From positions 128,001 through 192,000 of the forward strand of contig JBNGBT010000004.1 of the NCBI GenBank assembly GCA_049903315.1: a stretch of DNA of 64,000 nt. Direction: 5' to 3'. The position numbers and the translations under genes are program-made. The stretch's first letter is position 1. Every line of letters begins with the position of its first letter. Source of the DNA: Candidatus Cloacimonadota bacterium (GTDB lineage Bacteria; Cloacimonadota; Cloacimonadia; JGIOTU-2). Under the pieces are notes generated by a model that was not told the DNA's origin, ran no database searches, and saw nothing but the letters and a program-made list of their open reading frames with translations. Below are positions 18,524 to 28,419 of the stretch, piece after piece.

Positions 18524-19282
18524 ATGAAATCTATCGATTCGGAAGCACTTTATCAGGATGGACTTCACTATGATGCACAGCACGTGGAGATAGTCGAAGA
18601 TATTCCTTTCTATTTATCACAAGCAAAGAAATGTGGTGACCCGATCCTGGAACTCGCTTGCGGCACAGGCAGGATAACAATTCCGCATGCACGGCAGGGC
18701 TTTGATATTACGGGTTTAGATATTTCAGAAGGTATGCTCAAGGTCGCACGAGAAAAAGCCGAAAGGGAACATCTTTCATGCACTTTTATTAAGGCGGATT
18801 GTCGAAAATTCTCAATTCCCAAGAAATTCAATCTCATCTTTATCCCATTCAATTCGATTGCGCATATTCATGATAGAGCAAGCTTTGAAGCGATGTGTAT
18901 TGCAGTGAGAAACCATCTTACTGACGATGGGCACTTCATTGTTGATATTTTCAATCCCAAGCTGGAAGTCTTGATAAGTGATCCGAATAAGCGTTTCGCT
19001 GTTGCCGAATATGAAAATCCTTACGGGAACGAGAAAGTAACAATAACAGAAAATAATGTGTATGATAAAGAAACGCAGATCAATCATATAAAATGGTATT
19101 ATAAAATTGGGAAACAGGAAGAGTTTGCAGTAGAACTCAATATGCGTATCTACTATCCACAAGAACTTGAAAATATGCTTTTATATAATGGATTTGATAT
19201 AGTAGAAAAACTAGGTGATTTTGATGGATCACCGTTTAATTCCGATTCACCCAAGCAGCTTATAATTTGTAAAAAAAATTAG
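18524..19282 (+). CDS. Class I SAM-dependent methyltransferase
   Basis: ILELACGTGR, GLDISEGML, FNLIFIPFNS. Confidence 0.93.
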   Translation: MKSIDSEALYQDGLHYDAQHVEIVEDIPFYLSQAKKCGDPILELACGTGRITIPHARQGFDITGLDISEGMLKVAREKAEREHLSCTFIKADCRKFSIPKKFNLIFIPFNSIAHIHDRASFEAMCIAVRNHLTDDGHFIVDIFNPKLEVLISDPNKRFAVAEYENPYGNEKVTITENNVYDKETQINHIKWYYKIGKQEEFAVELNMRIYYPQELENMLLYNGFDIVEKLGDFDGSPFNSDSPKQLIICKKN

Positions 19283-19309
19283 CAGCATTATACTGCACTA
19301 TATTGTCTT

Positions 19310-19354
19310 GTCATTCTGAGTGAATCCCGATTCATCGGGAGAAACGAAGAATCT
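19310..19354. repeat. REP-like GTCATTCTGAG...CGAAGAATCT unit carrying a TCCCGATTCATCGGGA palindrome
   Basis: GTCATTCTGAGTGAA-TCCCGATTCATCGGGA-GAAACGAAGAATCT. Confidence 0.6.
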
Positions 19355-19460
19355 ATTGCACGAAATCCACCGTCTGCTTCCGATTGATCAGAATATGCCG
19401 TGAGAGGTATTTTCTAATTACAAATGAGTCCACTCTAAAAAGTCAGAATTAATAAAACAA

Positions 19461-19562
19461 GAAACCGTTGAAACGGTTAATGATCTTATTTGTTTCATTA
19501 ACCACCAACTTAAGTTGGCGGTTAATAGAAAGATAGCTAATTGCAACCGATTCATCGGTTTC
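19461..19562. repeat. 102-bp composite palindromic element (MITE/REP-like)
   Basis: Terminal inverted repeats GAAACCGTTGAAACGGTT / AACCGATTCATCGGTTTC enclose a 30-bp near-perfect palindrome ATTAACCACCAACTTAAGTTGGCGGTTAAT. Confidence 0.7.
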
Positions 19563-19757
19563 AAAATATTTGATGCATTTTTTAACTTATTTCTAATCAC
19601 ACGCTTTTTATAGCACACTCACAAATAAAATATCAAGCATAGTTTGATTGGCAGTTTGGTCTTTTATTTTTTTTTTTGTAATTTCTATAATTGTAATGAA
19701 TAGGTTTTAAGAAGGTGTGAATTTGTTTTAATCTTGTGCTCTGTGTTTTATTACTTT

Positions 19758-20225
19758 TTATACTTCCGGATTTTTTTTCTTAGTGAAGTATATAATATCA
19801 TTGTGCTTGGTATAACCTGCTTTTGTAAATAAATTCATCGAGGGATCATTAGGATCATCAATCAGAGTTGCATAGATTTCTAATCCTTGAGACGCCAGCC
19901 ATTTTTCGGAATGAGCAATGAGTTGCTGAGCGATACCTTTATTTCGATATTCTTTCATAACTGCCAGCCGGTTTATCCACCCTTTTCTGCCATCGTGTGT
20001 AACCATAATCGTAGCCACATCTTTATTCATAAAGTTTGCGATAAATACACAGATTTGCGGAAGTCCAAGCTGTGAGATCAGGTTTTCCCTTGTGTCGCGC
20101 CCCTGTGGTTTGTGGGTGAGTTCCGCATCTTTCCATATGAGGAGGATCGCATCAACATCCTCTTTTTCCGCATCACGAATATCAATTTTTATGTATTTGG
20201 TTTTATTCATATTTAACCTTTTCAT
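19758..20225 (-). CDS. GNAT family N-acetyltransferase (YpeA-like)
   Basis: THDGRKGWINRLAV..EYRNKGIA; N..SMNLFTKAGY. Confidence 0.9.
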   Translation of the reverse strand: MKRLNMNKTKYIKIDIRDAEKEDVDAILLIWKDAELTHKPQGRDTRENLISQLGLPQICVFIANFMNKDVATIMVTHDGRKGWINRLAVMKEYRNKGIAQQLIAHSEKWLASQGLEIYATLIDDPNDPSMNLFTKAGYTKHNDIIYFTKKKNPEV

Positions 20226-20256
20226 TGTTTATGCTGCCTTATCCTTCTTGTCAAGT

Positions 20257-20413
20257 ATCGTTCTTAACTCAGCGCTTCGCTTTTAAGTCAAGTCCGACAA
20301 TGCTTGAACATGGCTTAAGACTTGAGTTAAGGGCACGAAGTGAACTTGACTTTGTTAGTTCTTAACTCAATTCCTCAGCAAGCTGAGTTATTAAGTCAAG
20401 TCCCAAGTCCGAT
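20257..20413 (+). repeat. Composite hairpin repeat, copy 1 (left border of the signalling island)
   Basis: TCGTTCTTAACTCA..GCTTCGC..TTAAGTCAAGTCCGAC / ACTTGAGTTAAGGGCACGAAGTGAACTTGACTT / TTCTTAACTCAATTCCTCAGCAAGCTGAGTTATTAAGTCAAGTCC. Confidence 0.92.
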
Positions 20414-20742
20414 GGAAGGATATTTTTCTTATCAAGTTTATAATGGATGAAAAATGTAAAATTAATATTTTAGTTATGATTCTGGGTAGCCGCAGTTTTT
20501 ATTTGTATTACGTTAAATTATGGGTAGGAATATTTAAGGAATGTGAAATACTTGACACATAAAAATTATAAGGCATTAAAAAATTTGAACTGAAAGCAAA
20601 AATTTTGGAACATCAAAATTCGGAACTTGATAAAATATCAAGAAGCAGCTGTCGTAAAAGAATAAAACTTGGGAAGAATAGGTAGGTGCCCAAACGAAAA
20701 GTTGTTTCATAGGAATCGAGCTTTATTGATAAGAGGTTTTAG

Positions 20743-23700
20743 ATGAAAAATAAAAATATAACAACTGAGAAGCATAGAAAAGAAACAGATAGATTGAAGT
20801 CTAAGATTTCAGAACCGAAGAATCAAAAAACCAGACCGGATCAGAAAGATCTTAATAAAAATCGAATCCATTTTGAAAACTTAGCCAAGGCTGAGCAAAA
20901 GATGAATTTATTTAACTCAATCAATTTTGAGAGAGTAAATGTGTTATTGGAGGCCTTCAATAAAGCAACCGGTTTTGTTACAGCAATACTCGATCTGGAA
21001 GGGAATATTCTGTCAAGATCAGGATGGAGGAGGATTTGTACTGAATTTCATCGTATTAACCCAGAAACATCTGAGAAATGTAAGATCAGCGACACTATTC
21101 TTGCAGGTGAGTTAGCTAAAGGGGAAAAATACCATTGCTATAAATGTTTGAACGGACTTGTCGATGTGGCTGTTCCTATTAAAATTAACGGCGAACATAT
21201 AGGAAATTTGTTTACCGGACAATTTCTTTTTGAAAAACCAGATAGAGAATTTTTCCGCAAGCAGGCTGCAGAAAATGAATTTGAGGAGAGTTCATACCTT
21301 GAAGCTCTTGATGAAGTACCCATTGTATCTGAAGATCAGGTGAAAGCTGTTATGTATTTTCTACTTAATATGACTGAATTGATTAGTGAGATGACCCAGC
21401 AGAAAGTTGAGCAAATCAGTTTAAATGATGCTCTTAAGGAAAGTGAGAACCGATTCAAGCTTGCTTTTGAAAATATCCCTGATGTGGTGGTCATATATGA
21501 CAAAGACTTACGGATCAGATACATAAATGAAGAGACGAGAAAACTAACAGATAAACCAACCTCATATTTCATCGGGAAGCGTGATGATGAAATATGGCCC
21601 AAAGAGGTTTATGAGTCCTATTTACCTACACTTAAGGATGCCTTCAGTACTAAAAAAACATGTTCGATTAAGACCAAATTGATGCTGTCAAGCGGAGTAA
21701 GTAGAGATCTCCAAATTACATGCGTGCCAATTATTGACGATGATGGTGATGTGCGGGAAGTAATGGGCATTACACACGACTTTACAGAGCGTAAACAAGC
21801 AGAGAAGGAGCTGCATGCCCTCGCGTACCGGCAGGGTGCTATTTTGGATGCAGTCCCGGACCTTATTATGGAAGTGGACAATAACAAAGTTTACACGTGG
21901 GCGAACAAAGCAGGTTTGAAGTTCTTTGGTGAGGATGTGATTGGTAAAAATGCAGATTTCTACTTCGAGGGTGAGCAAGATACTTACAGACAAGTCCAAC
22001 CGCTTTTCGAGGGTGTTGAAGATTTATTCTACGTAGAGAGCTGGCAGCGCCGCAACGATGGAGAAAAACGACTACTCGCATGGTATTGCAGGGTACTAAA
22101 AGACAACGCCGGAAAGGTCATCGGCGCACTTTCGTCTGCACAGGATATCACCGAGCTCAAACACACAGAAGAAGAGATCAAAACAATCTGGGATGTTTCA
22201 CCGGATTTACTTTGTGTTGCAGATTATAATACTGCGACATTTCTAAAAATAAATCCATCGTTTAAAAAGACTCTTGGATATTCCGAAGAGGAATTACTCG
22301 GAAAACCTTTCCTTGAATTCGTTCATCCGGACGATCTGCAATCCACGATTAATGTAATTGAAGAAGAGCTGAAGGAAAATATGACGGTCATCAACTTTAT
22401 CAATCGCTATCTTTGTAAAGATGGTTCTTATAAATATCTGAACTGGGTTTCTAAGCCCATCAAAGCAAAGGGGCAAACGTATGCTATTGCACGTGATGTT
22501 TCGGAACAGATAGAAGCTGAAAAAGCACTGGCTGAACAGAATATTTTTCTAAGAAATATTACAGAAACAAGCCCGATTGGTATTGTGCGCACTGATGCAC
22601 AAGGACAACTCACTTATGCCAATCAGGAAGCTGAATCAATACTTGGATTAGAAAGAAGCGAAATTATAAACAGAAGTTATAATGATCCGAAGTGGGAAAT
22701 TACGGATTTTGATGGTAAGGAATTCCCATCAGAAAACCTTCCTTTTTCTCTTGTAAAAAGTAAAATGAAACCGGTAAAAGATGTTCGACATGCGATCAGA
22801 TTCCCTGATGGCAAAACTACTTTACTTTCAATCAATGCTTCTCCGGAACTGGATGAAAATGGTAAATTCAATGGCATGGTTGCCACTATCAGTGACATTA
22901 CTGAATATAAATTGGCCGATGAAACGATACAAAAAAGCGAAAAACTTCTCAATGCTACAGGAAGAATGGCAAAAGTAGGGGGTTGGGAACTCAATGCAAA
23001 AACGAATAAAGTAACTTGGTCTGAGGAAACCTATAGGATCCACGAGATAGATTTAGACCAGGAACCACCCTTGGATGATGCGATTAATTTCTTCCATCCC
23101 GAAGATCGACCCATACTACAGGAAGCCATTAAAAATGCTTTCGAAAAAGCGGAACCGTATGATCTTGTACTTCGTTTTATTACTGCCACAGGTAAAAACC
23201 TGATTACTCACTCAGTGTGTCAACCTGTTTTAGAAGATGGCAAGGTTGTTAAACTTTTTGGTACTTTCCAGGACATCACAAAGCTCAAGCAAATAGAAGA
23301 ATCTTTAAAGGAAAGTGAAGAACGGTTCAATCTGGCAATGAAAGCTTCTAAAGATGGGATTTTCGATTGGAACTTGGCAACTAACGAAATTTATTATTCC
23401 CCCGGCTGGAAGAGTATTCTTGGTTATGAATATGATGAAATCCCTAATGATTTCTCGATTTGGGAAACCAACACCGATCCAGAAGACGTAAAACTCTCCT
23501 GGCAGATGCAGCAGGAACTTATAAATAAACAGCGTGATCGTTTTGAGATGGAATTCAAAATGAAACATAAAGACGGTCATTGGGTGGATATTCTCTCTAG
23601 AGCAGAAGCTATTTTTGATAAATCTGGAAAAGCAGTCCGAATTGTCGGTACACATGTAGATATTACAGAACGTAAACAAGCGGAGTTGGCATTGAGCCGG

Positions 23701-25182
23701 GCAGCAAAAGAGTGGCAGAGCACTTTTGACGCTGCACAGGATGGTATATGGATACTTGATCTGGAACATCATATTTTGCAGTCAAATAGAGAAGCAGAAA
23801 AGATATTTAATAAATCCCGCAAAGATCTCATGAAACGGTTTTGTTATCAGAGTGTTCACGGGACAGATGAACCGATTCCGGAATGTCCTTTCACACGTAT
23901 GAAAAAAACCCTGAAACGTGAATCCATGGAATTGGAAATAGATGGACTCTGGCTCGAGATCACTGTTGACCCGATCTTGGATGAAAGTGGAATGTTAACT
24001 GGTGCTGTCCACATAGTAAGAGATATCACCGAGGGTAAAAAAGCACAAGAGACGCTGGATTATGAACGCAGATTTTCAAAAAATTTAATCAATACAGCAC
24101 AAGCGATTATTTTATTGTTGGATACAGAAGGTAAGATCGTCAGCTTTAATCCGTATATGGAAAATCTCACAGGCTACAAATTGGATGAGGTGAAGGGAAA
24201 AGACTGGTTCACCACTTTCCTTCCGGAATGTGATTATGATAAAATTAGAAAACTGTTTAAAACTGCATTAAACGAGACATCTACAAAAGGTAATATAAAT
24301 CCAATAATGACAAAAGAAGGAAAAAAACTATCGATTGAATGGTATGATAAAGTTCTCAAGAACAGAGATGGTAACATTACTAATATAGTGTCTGTGGGAT
24401 ATGATATTACCGATCGATTAAAGAATGATGAGGAATTGGAACAATACCGTAAACGTCTTGAGGAATTAGTCGATATGCGTACCGCTGAACTGCAGGCAGC
24501 AAATAAAGAACTGGAAGCATTTGCCTATTCAGTATCCCATGACCTGCGCGCTCCCCTGCGTGCGATAAACGGATTCACAAGTATTCTTATGGAAGACTAC
24601 GCACAAAAACTGGATGAAGAGGGGAAAAGAATAGGAGCTCTTATTCAGAACAATTCACGGCAGATGGGGCAGCTTATTGACGATCTACTGGCGTTTTCCC
24701 GATTGGGAAGGGCATCCATGCAAGCATCCACGATTGATATGAAAAATATGGTGAAAGCAATTTATCACGAGGCAGCTAGTCCCGCAGAACGCAAGAGAAT
24801 ACGTTTTTCCATAGGTCCCTTGCCCCCGATTAAGGGTGATCCGACTATGTTTCGGCAGGTGTGGATGAATCTCATTTCCAATGCGCTTAAGTTCACTTCC
24901 AAACGTAAAATAGCGACTATCGATGTTTCATGCAAGAGAGAGAAGAATAGATATATATTCTCAATTAAAGATAATGGCGCAGGATTCAATATGAAATATA
25001 AAGATAAACTCTTCGGTGTGTTTCAGCGCTTGCATACAGAAAGAGAATTTTCTGGTACAGGAGTGGGGCTGGCTCTGGTGCAGCGTATTATTCTCCGTCA
25101 TAAAGGGCTGTTATGGGCAGAAGGAGAAGAGGATAAAGGTGCTGTATTTTATTTTTCCTTGCCAAAAAAATCATTATCATAA
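20743..25182 (+). CDS. PocR + about 8 PAS/PAC histidine kinase
   Basis: PocR (CLNGLVDVAVPI..GNLFTGQF), repeated DITERK-type PAC ends, H-box FAYSVSHDLRAPL, FQRLH...GTGVGL. Confidence 0.93.
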   Translation: MKNKNITTEKHRKETDRLKSKISEPKNQKTRPDQKDLNKNRIHFENLAKAEQKMNLFNSINFERVNVLLEAFNKATGFVTAILDLEGNILSRSGWRRICTEFHRINPETSEKCKISDTILAGELAKGEKYHCYKCLNGLVDVAVPIKINGEHIGNLFTGQFLFEKPDREFFRKQAAENEFEESSYLEALDEVPIVSEDQVKAVMYFLLNMTELISEMTQQKVEQISLNDALKESENRFKLAFENIPDVVVIYDKDLRIRYINEETRKLTDKPTSYFIGKRDDEIWPKEVYESYLPTLKDAFSTKKTCSIKTKLMLSSGVSRDLQITCVPIIDDDGDVREVMGITHDFTERKQAEKELHALAYRQGAILDAVPDLIMEVDNNKVYTWANKAGLKFFGEDVIGKNADFYFEGEQDTYRQVQPLFEGVEDLFYVESWQRRNDGEKRLLAWYCRVLKDNAGKVIGALSSAQDITELKHTEEEIKTIWDVSPDLLCVADYNTATFLKINPSFKKTLGYSEEELLGKPFLEFVHPDDLQSTINVIEEELKENMTVINFINRYLCKDGSYKYLNWVSKPIKAKGQTYAIARDVSEQIEAEKALAEQNIFLRNITETSPIGIVRTDAQGQLTYANQEAESILGLERSEIINRSYNDPKWEITDFDGKEFPSENLPFSLVKSKMKPVKDVRHAIRFPDGKTTLLSINASPELDENGKFNGMVATISDITEYKLADETIQKSEKLLNATGRMAKVGGWELNAKTNKVTWSEETYRIHEIDLDQEPPLDDAINFFHPEDRPILQEAIKNAFEKAEPYDLVLRFITATGKNLITHSVCQPVLEDGKVVKLFGTFQDITKLKQIEESLKESEERFNLAMKASKDGIFDWNLATNEIYYSPGWKSILGYEYDEIPNDFSIWETNTDPEDVKLSWQMQQELINKQRDRFEMEFKMKHKDGHWVDILSRAEAIFDKSGKAVRIVGTHVDITERKQAELALSRAAKEWQSTFDAAQDGIWILDLEHHILQSNREAEKIFNKSRKDLMKRFCYQSVHGTDEPIPECPFTRMKKTLKRESMELEIDGLWLEITVDPILDESGMLTGAVHIVRDITEGKKAQETLDYERRFSKNLINTAQAIILLLDTEGKIVSFNPYMENLTGYKLDEVKGKDWFTTFLPECDYDKIRKLFKTALNETSTKGNINPIMTKEGKKLSIEWYDKVLKNRDGNITNIVSVGYDITDRLKNDEELEQYRKRLEELVDMRTAELQAANKELEAFAYSVSHDLRAPLRAINGFTSILMEDYAQKLDEEGKRIGALIQNNSRQMGQLIDDLLAFSRLGRASMQASTIDMKNMVKAIYHEAASPAERKRIRFSIGPLPPIKGDPTMFRQVWMNLISNALKFTSKRKIATIDVSCKREKNRYIFSIKDNGAGFNMKYKDKLFGVFQRLHTEREFSGTGVGLALVQRIILRHKGLLWAEGEEDKGAVFYFSLPKKSLS

Positions 25183-25215
25183 ATATTTTAGATAACATAA
25201 GATTGGTGGTATAAA

Positions 25216-25653
25216 ATGAAACATGAAGAATATGAAATCCTGATCGTTGAAGATAATCCACAGGACGCCGAGCTCATGGTTCGTTCGCTGAAAAAGAAAC
25301 ATCTGGCAAACAACTTGATTGTAGTGGAAGATGGAGAAGAAGCATTGGATTTTATTTTGTGCCGAGGTGATTATAACGGGAGAGACATAAAAAGACCTCC
25401 CAAAGTGATCTTTCTCGATCTCAAGCTTCCAAAAGTAAACGGATTGGAAGTGTTAAAAGAAATCAAATCTCATCAGCTTACGAAGAAAATTCCTGTTGTA
25501 ATAGTTACTTCTTCCAGAGAAGATCCGGATGTACAGGCAGCTTATGATCTGGGTGCAAACAGCTATGTGGTGAAGCCTGTGAGTTTTGAGAATTTTGCAG
25601 AAACCATGAGCCAACTGGGATTGTACTGGCTGGTCGTGAACGAAAAACCATGA
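25216..25653 (+). CDS. Single-domain response regulator (Rcp1-like)
   Basis: ILIVEDNP, FLDLKLP, TSS, GANSYVVKPV, GLYW. Confidence 0.95.
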   Translation: MKHEEYEILIVEDNPQDAELMVRSLKKKHLANNLIVVEDGEEALDFILCRGDYNGRDIKRPPKVIFLDLKLPKVNGLEVLKEIKSHQLTKKIPVVIVTSSREDPDVQAAYDLGANSYVVKPVSFENFAETMSQLGLYWLVVNEKP

Positions 25654-26054
25654 TAGTCTGCCACAGAGACACAAAGGACACAGAGATAAATATAAATAAA
25701 ATAACTGAAAAAATAATTGGCTGTGGTATAGAAGTTCATAGAGAGTTAGGTCCCGGATTATTAGAATCAATTTATGAATCAGCATTATCTATTGAATTTA
25801 GAAACTGTGGTTTAAAATATGAACGGCAAAAAGTGCTTCCTGTAGAATATAAAGGAGCTAAAATAGGTGAATTTAGAATCGATTTATTAGTTGAGAATTC
25901 TGTAGTTGTTGAATTGAAGAGTGTAGAACGATTCGATCCAGTTTTTGAAGCACAAATTTTGACTTACATGAAATTAGGTAAATATAAAATAGGTTTATTA
26001 ATGAATTTCAATTCAAAATTATTAAAAGATGGTATTAAAAGATACATTTTTTAA
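25650..26054 (+). CDS. GxxExxY family protein (PD-(D/E)XK-like)
   Basis: LGPGLLESIYE, RIDLLVE..VVVELKS, AQILTY, GLLMNF; visibly more AT-rich than its neighbours. Confidence 0.92.
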   Translation: MIVCHRDTKDTEININKITEKIIGCGIEVHRELGPGLLESIYESALSIEFRNCGLKYERQKVLPVEYKGAKIGEFRIDLLVENSVVVELKSVERFDPVFEAQILTYMKLGKYKIGLLMNFNSKLLKDGIKRYIF

Positions 26055-26087
26055 AACTGTCTTTGTGCTCACTGTGGCTCTGTGGCA
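25659..26087. mobile_element. Putative GxxExxY mini-element bounded by 28-bp imperfect inverted repeats
   Basis: TGCCACAGAGACACAAAGGACACAGAGA (25659-25686) versus TCTTTGTGCTCACTGTGGCTCTGTGGCA (26060-26087). Mobility is inferred, not shown. Confidence 0.55.
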
Positions 26088-26115
26088 TGTTGAGTTACAT
26101 ACTAAGTTTATACGA

Positions 26116-26246
26116 TATGAACGGCCAAAAGTGCTTTCTGTTGAATATAAAGGAGCTAAGATGGTATTAAAAGATACATTTTTAAAACTGTCTTTGTGCT
26201 CTCTGTGGCTCTGTGGCATGTTGAGTTACATAATAAGTTTATACGA
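26116..26246 (+). pseudogene. Internally deleted tandem duplicate of the GxxExxY 3' part and right repeat
   Basis: 26116-26159 copies about 25817-25861 and is fused to a copy of about 26028-26115; a few substitutions are present. Confidence 0.85.
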
Positions 26247-26257
26247 AAGGTTGTTTT

Positions 26258-28408
26258 ATGACAACAAAATTACATGTATTGATTGTTGAGGACCTGCCTT
26301 CTGATGCTGAACTTGCGAAGTATGAAATTAATAAAGTCTTAGAAAACTATCTTACTCAGGTTGTCGAGACTGAAGATGATTTCAGAAAAGCGCTTGAGTC
26401 GTTTAAACCCGATCTCATTATCTCGGATTATAAACTCCCTTCTTTTGACGGTTTATCTGCCTTAAAGATCGCTCAGGAAAAATCACCATTCACTCCTTTT
26501 GTTATCCTCACCGGATCGATGAATGAGGACACAGCAGTCAAATGTATGAAAGCCGGCGCAGACGACTATGTAATAAAGGAGCATATCAAAAGATTGGGTC
26601 CTGCAATTCTCAACGCGATGAAAAAGAAACAAATTGAGTTCGAGCGTGCGCAACAGGAAAAAGAATATAGGCAATTGATAGATGGCATGAATGATACTGC
26701 TTTCGTGATAAACTTTGAAGGTAAATTCGTTGAGGTGAATGAGACTGCTGTCCGTGTTTTGGGTTATTCTAGAGATGAACTGCTTACTATGGGACCTACT
26801 GATATCGATCCTCACTTAACTGCAGAAGATATTGGGAAAATGATCAGAGAAATTGAATCGGGATCAGCAAAAAAACAGGTGTTTGAAACAGAGCACAGAA
26901 CCAAAACAGGTAAAATCATACCTGTGGAGATCAGCTCGAGCCCAATAACATATAAAAGGGAATTCGTGATTTTAAGCATTGCCAGAGATATTACTGAACG
27001 AAAAAGAATAGAGGAGAAACTTAAGGATTCGGAAATTAAATATCGCGGTCTATTCGAAAACTCAAGCGAGTTCCTTTTTACACTTGATCTTAAAGGTAAT
27101 TTCACAGATGTTAACAAAGCAGCAGAAAATCTCACCGGCTACACAAAAGCCGAGTTGTTAAAGATGAATTTCAAAAATTATACAAAAAAAGAGGATTATA
27201 GAAGACTTTTTATTGCTTTCAATAATATTTATAAAACAGGAAAACCCCTGCATAATCTTTTTATTGAAGCAAATATGAAGGACAAATCAAAAAGATATTT
27301 TCAGATAAGTCTCAATCTTTTGCGGAAAGGTAAAGAGATTATCGGCTACCAGGGCAGCTCAATGGATATTACAGAACGCAAACTGGCTGAAGAAACCCTG
27401 AAAAGGAGCGAAGAATTTAACCGGGCTATTATAGAGAATAGCAAGGATTGTATTAAGCTCCTTGATCTCGATGGAAACTTGCTTTATATGAGCCCGGGTG
27501 GGCAGGAACTCCTCGAAATCGATGATATAGGAAAATATTTGAACAAATCGTGGATCGAGTTCTGGAAGGGAGAAGATTACGAGAATGCAAAATGTTCTAT
27601 CAACCAAGGGAAAGAAGGTGGAACCGGATATTTTGAAGGATATTGTTCTACAGAAAAAGGAACTCCAAAATGGTGGAGTGTGATAATATCACCTATTTTA
27701 GATGAACATGGGAAGGTTGATAAAATTCTGTCAATCTCGAGGGATATTACCGAACGAAAGCAAGCCGAAGAACAGATCAAGAAAGAACTGCTGGAAAATA
27801 AGGTATTGTTGAGGGAAGTTCACCATAGAACAAAAAATAATCTGCAAACGATCAACAGTTTGTTGCAGCTCCAACAGGATACGATAAAGACAAAAGAAGA
27901 TGCCTTCAAAAGTTTTGAGGTCAGCCAGGACAGGATACGAACAATGGCGCAAGCGTATGAAATTCTGCTTGCATCGGAATACATGTCTGAAGTGAAACTT
28001 GGCGAGTATCTTACCTTGCTTGCAGGACAGCTCAAACGTAATTATGATGCATATAATAAAGTAAAGATTACCTTTTCTTTAGAGGAAGTGCACTTTGAGA
28101 CGGAAAAGTTGAGTAAACTTGGTCTCATTGTAAATGAAATTCTGACAAATGCGATGAAATATGCCTTTCAAGGAAAAGATAAGGGCAATATACATATTGA
28201 GTTAAACGATATGAAGGATCATTTAGTGATCAAGATTTCAGATGATGGAATAGGTATTCCTGAAAACATTGATGTTCATAAACCAGAAACACTTGGGTTG
28301 TCACTTGTTGGTATGCTGCTCGAGGAGTTCAACGGATCATTTTCTGTGGAGAGGAAAAAAGGAACGAGTTTTACACTGGAAATACCGAAGGAGAGAATAA
28401 ATCAATAA
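26258..28408 (+). CDS. REC-PAS(x3)-HisKA_2-HATPase hybrid kinase
   Basis: VLIVED...ISDYKLP; three PAS/PAC; EVHHRTKNNLQ; NAMKYAF; DDGIGIP; TLGL. Confidence 0.93.
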   Translation: MTTKLHVLIVEDLPSDAELAKYEINKVLENYLTQVVETEDDFRKALESFKPDLIISDYKLPSFDGLSALKIAQEKSPFTPFVILTGSMNEDTAVKCMKAGADDYVIKEHIKRLGPAILNAMKKKQIEFERAQQEKEYRQLIDGMNDTAFVINFEGKFVEVNETAVRVLGYSRDELLTMGPTDIDPHLTAEDIGKMIREIESGSAKKQVFETEHRTKTGKIIPVEISSSPITYKREFVILSIARDITERKRIEEKLKDSEIKYRGLFENSSEFLFTLDLKGNFTDVNKAAENLTGYTKAELLKMNFKNYTKKEDYRRLFIAFNNIYKTGKPLHNLFIEANMKDKSKRYFQISLNLLRKGKEIIGYQGSSMDITERKLAEETLKRSEEFNRAIIENSKDCIKLLDLDGNLLYMSPGGQELLEIDDIGKYLNKSWIEFWKGEDYENAKCSINQGKEGGTGYFEGYCSTEKGTPKWWSVIISPILDEHGKVDKILSISRDITERKQAEEQIKKELLENKVLLREVHHRTKNNLQTINSLLQLQQDTIKTKEDAFKSFEVSQDRIRTMAQAYEILLASEYMSEVKLGEYLTLLAGQLKRNYDAYNKVKITFSLEEVHFETEKLSKLGLIVNEILTNAMKYAFQGKDKGNIHIELNDMKDHLVIKISDDGIGIPENIDVHKPETLGLSLVGMLLEEFNGSFSVERKKGTSFTLEIPKERINQ

Positions 28409-28419
28409 ATGCCGTTCTT

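Noticed and set aside
25817..26246. GxxExxY duplicate as a DGR template/variable repeat pair
   Set aside because: Differences include C>T and C>A as well as changes at A, and there is no reverse transcriptase in the window.
26029..26289. 86-aa ORF with an internal repeat, and antisense 26022-26219
   Set aside because: By-products of the tandem duplication and inverted repeat.
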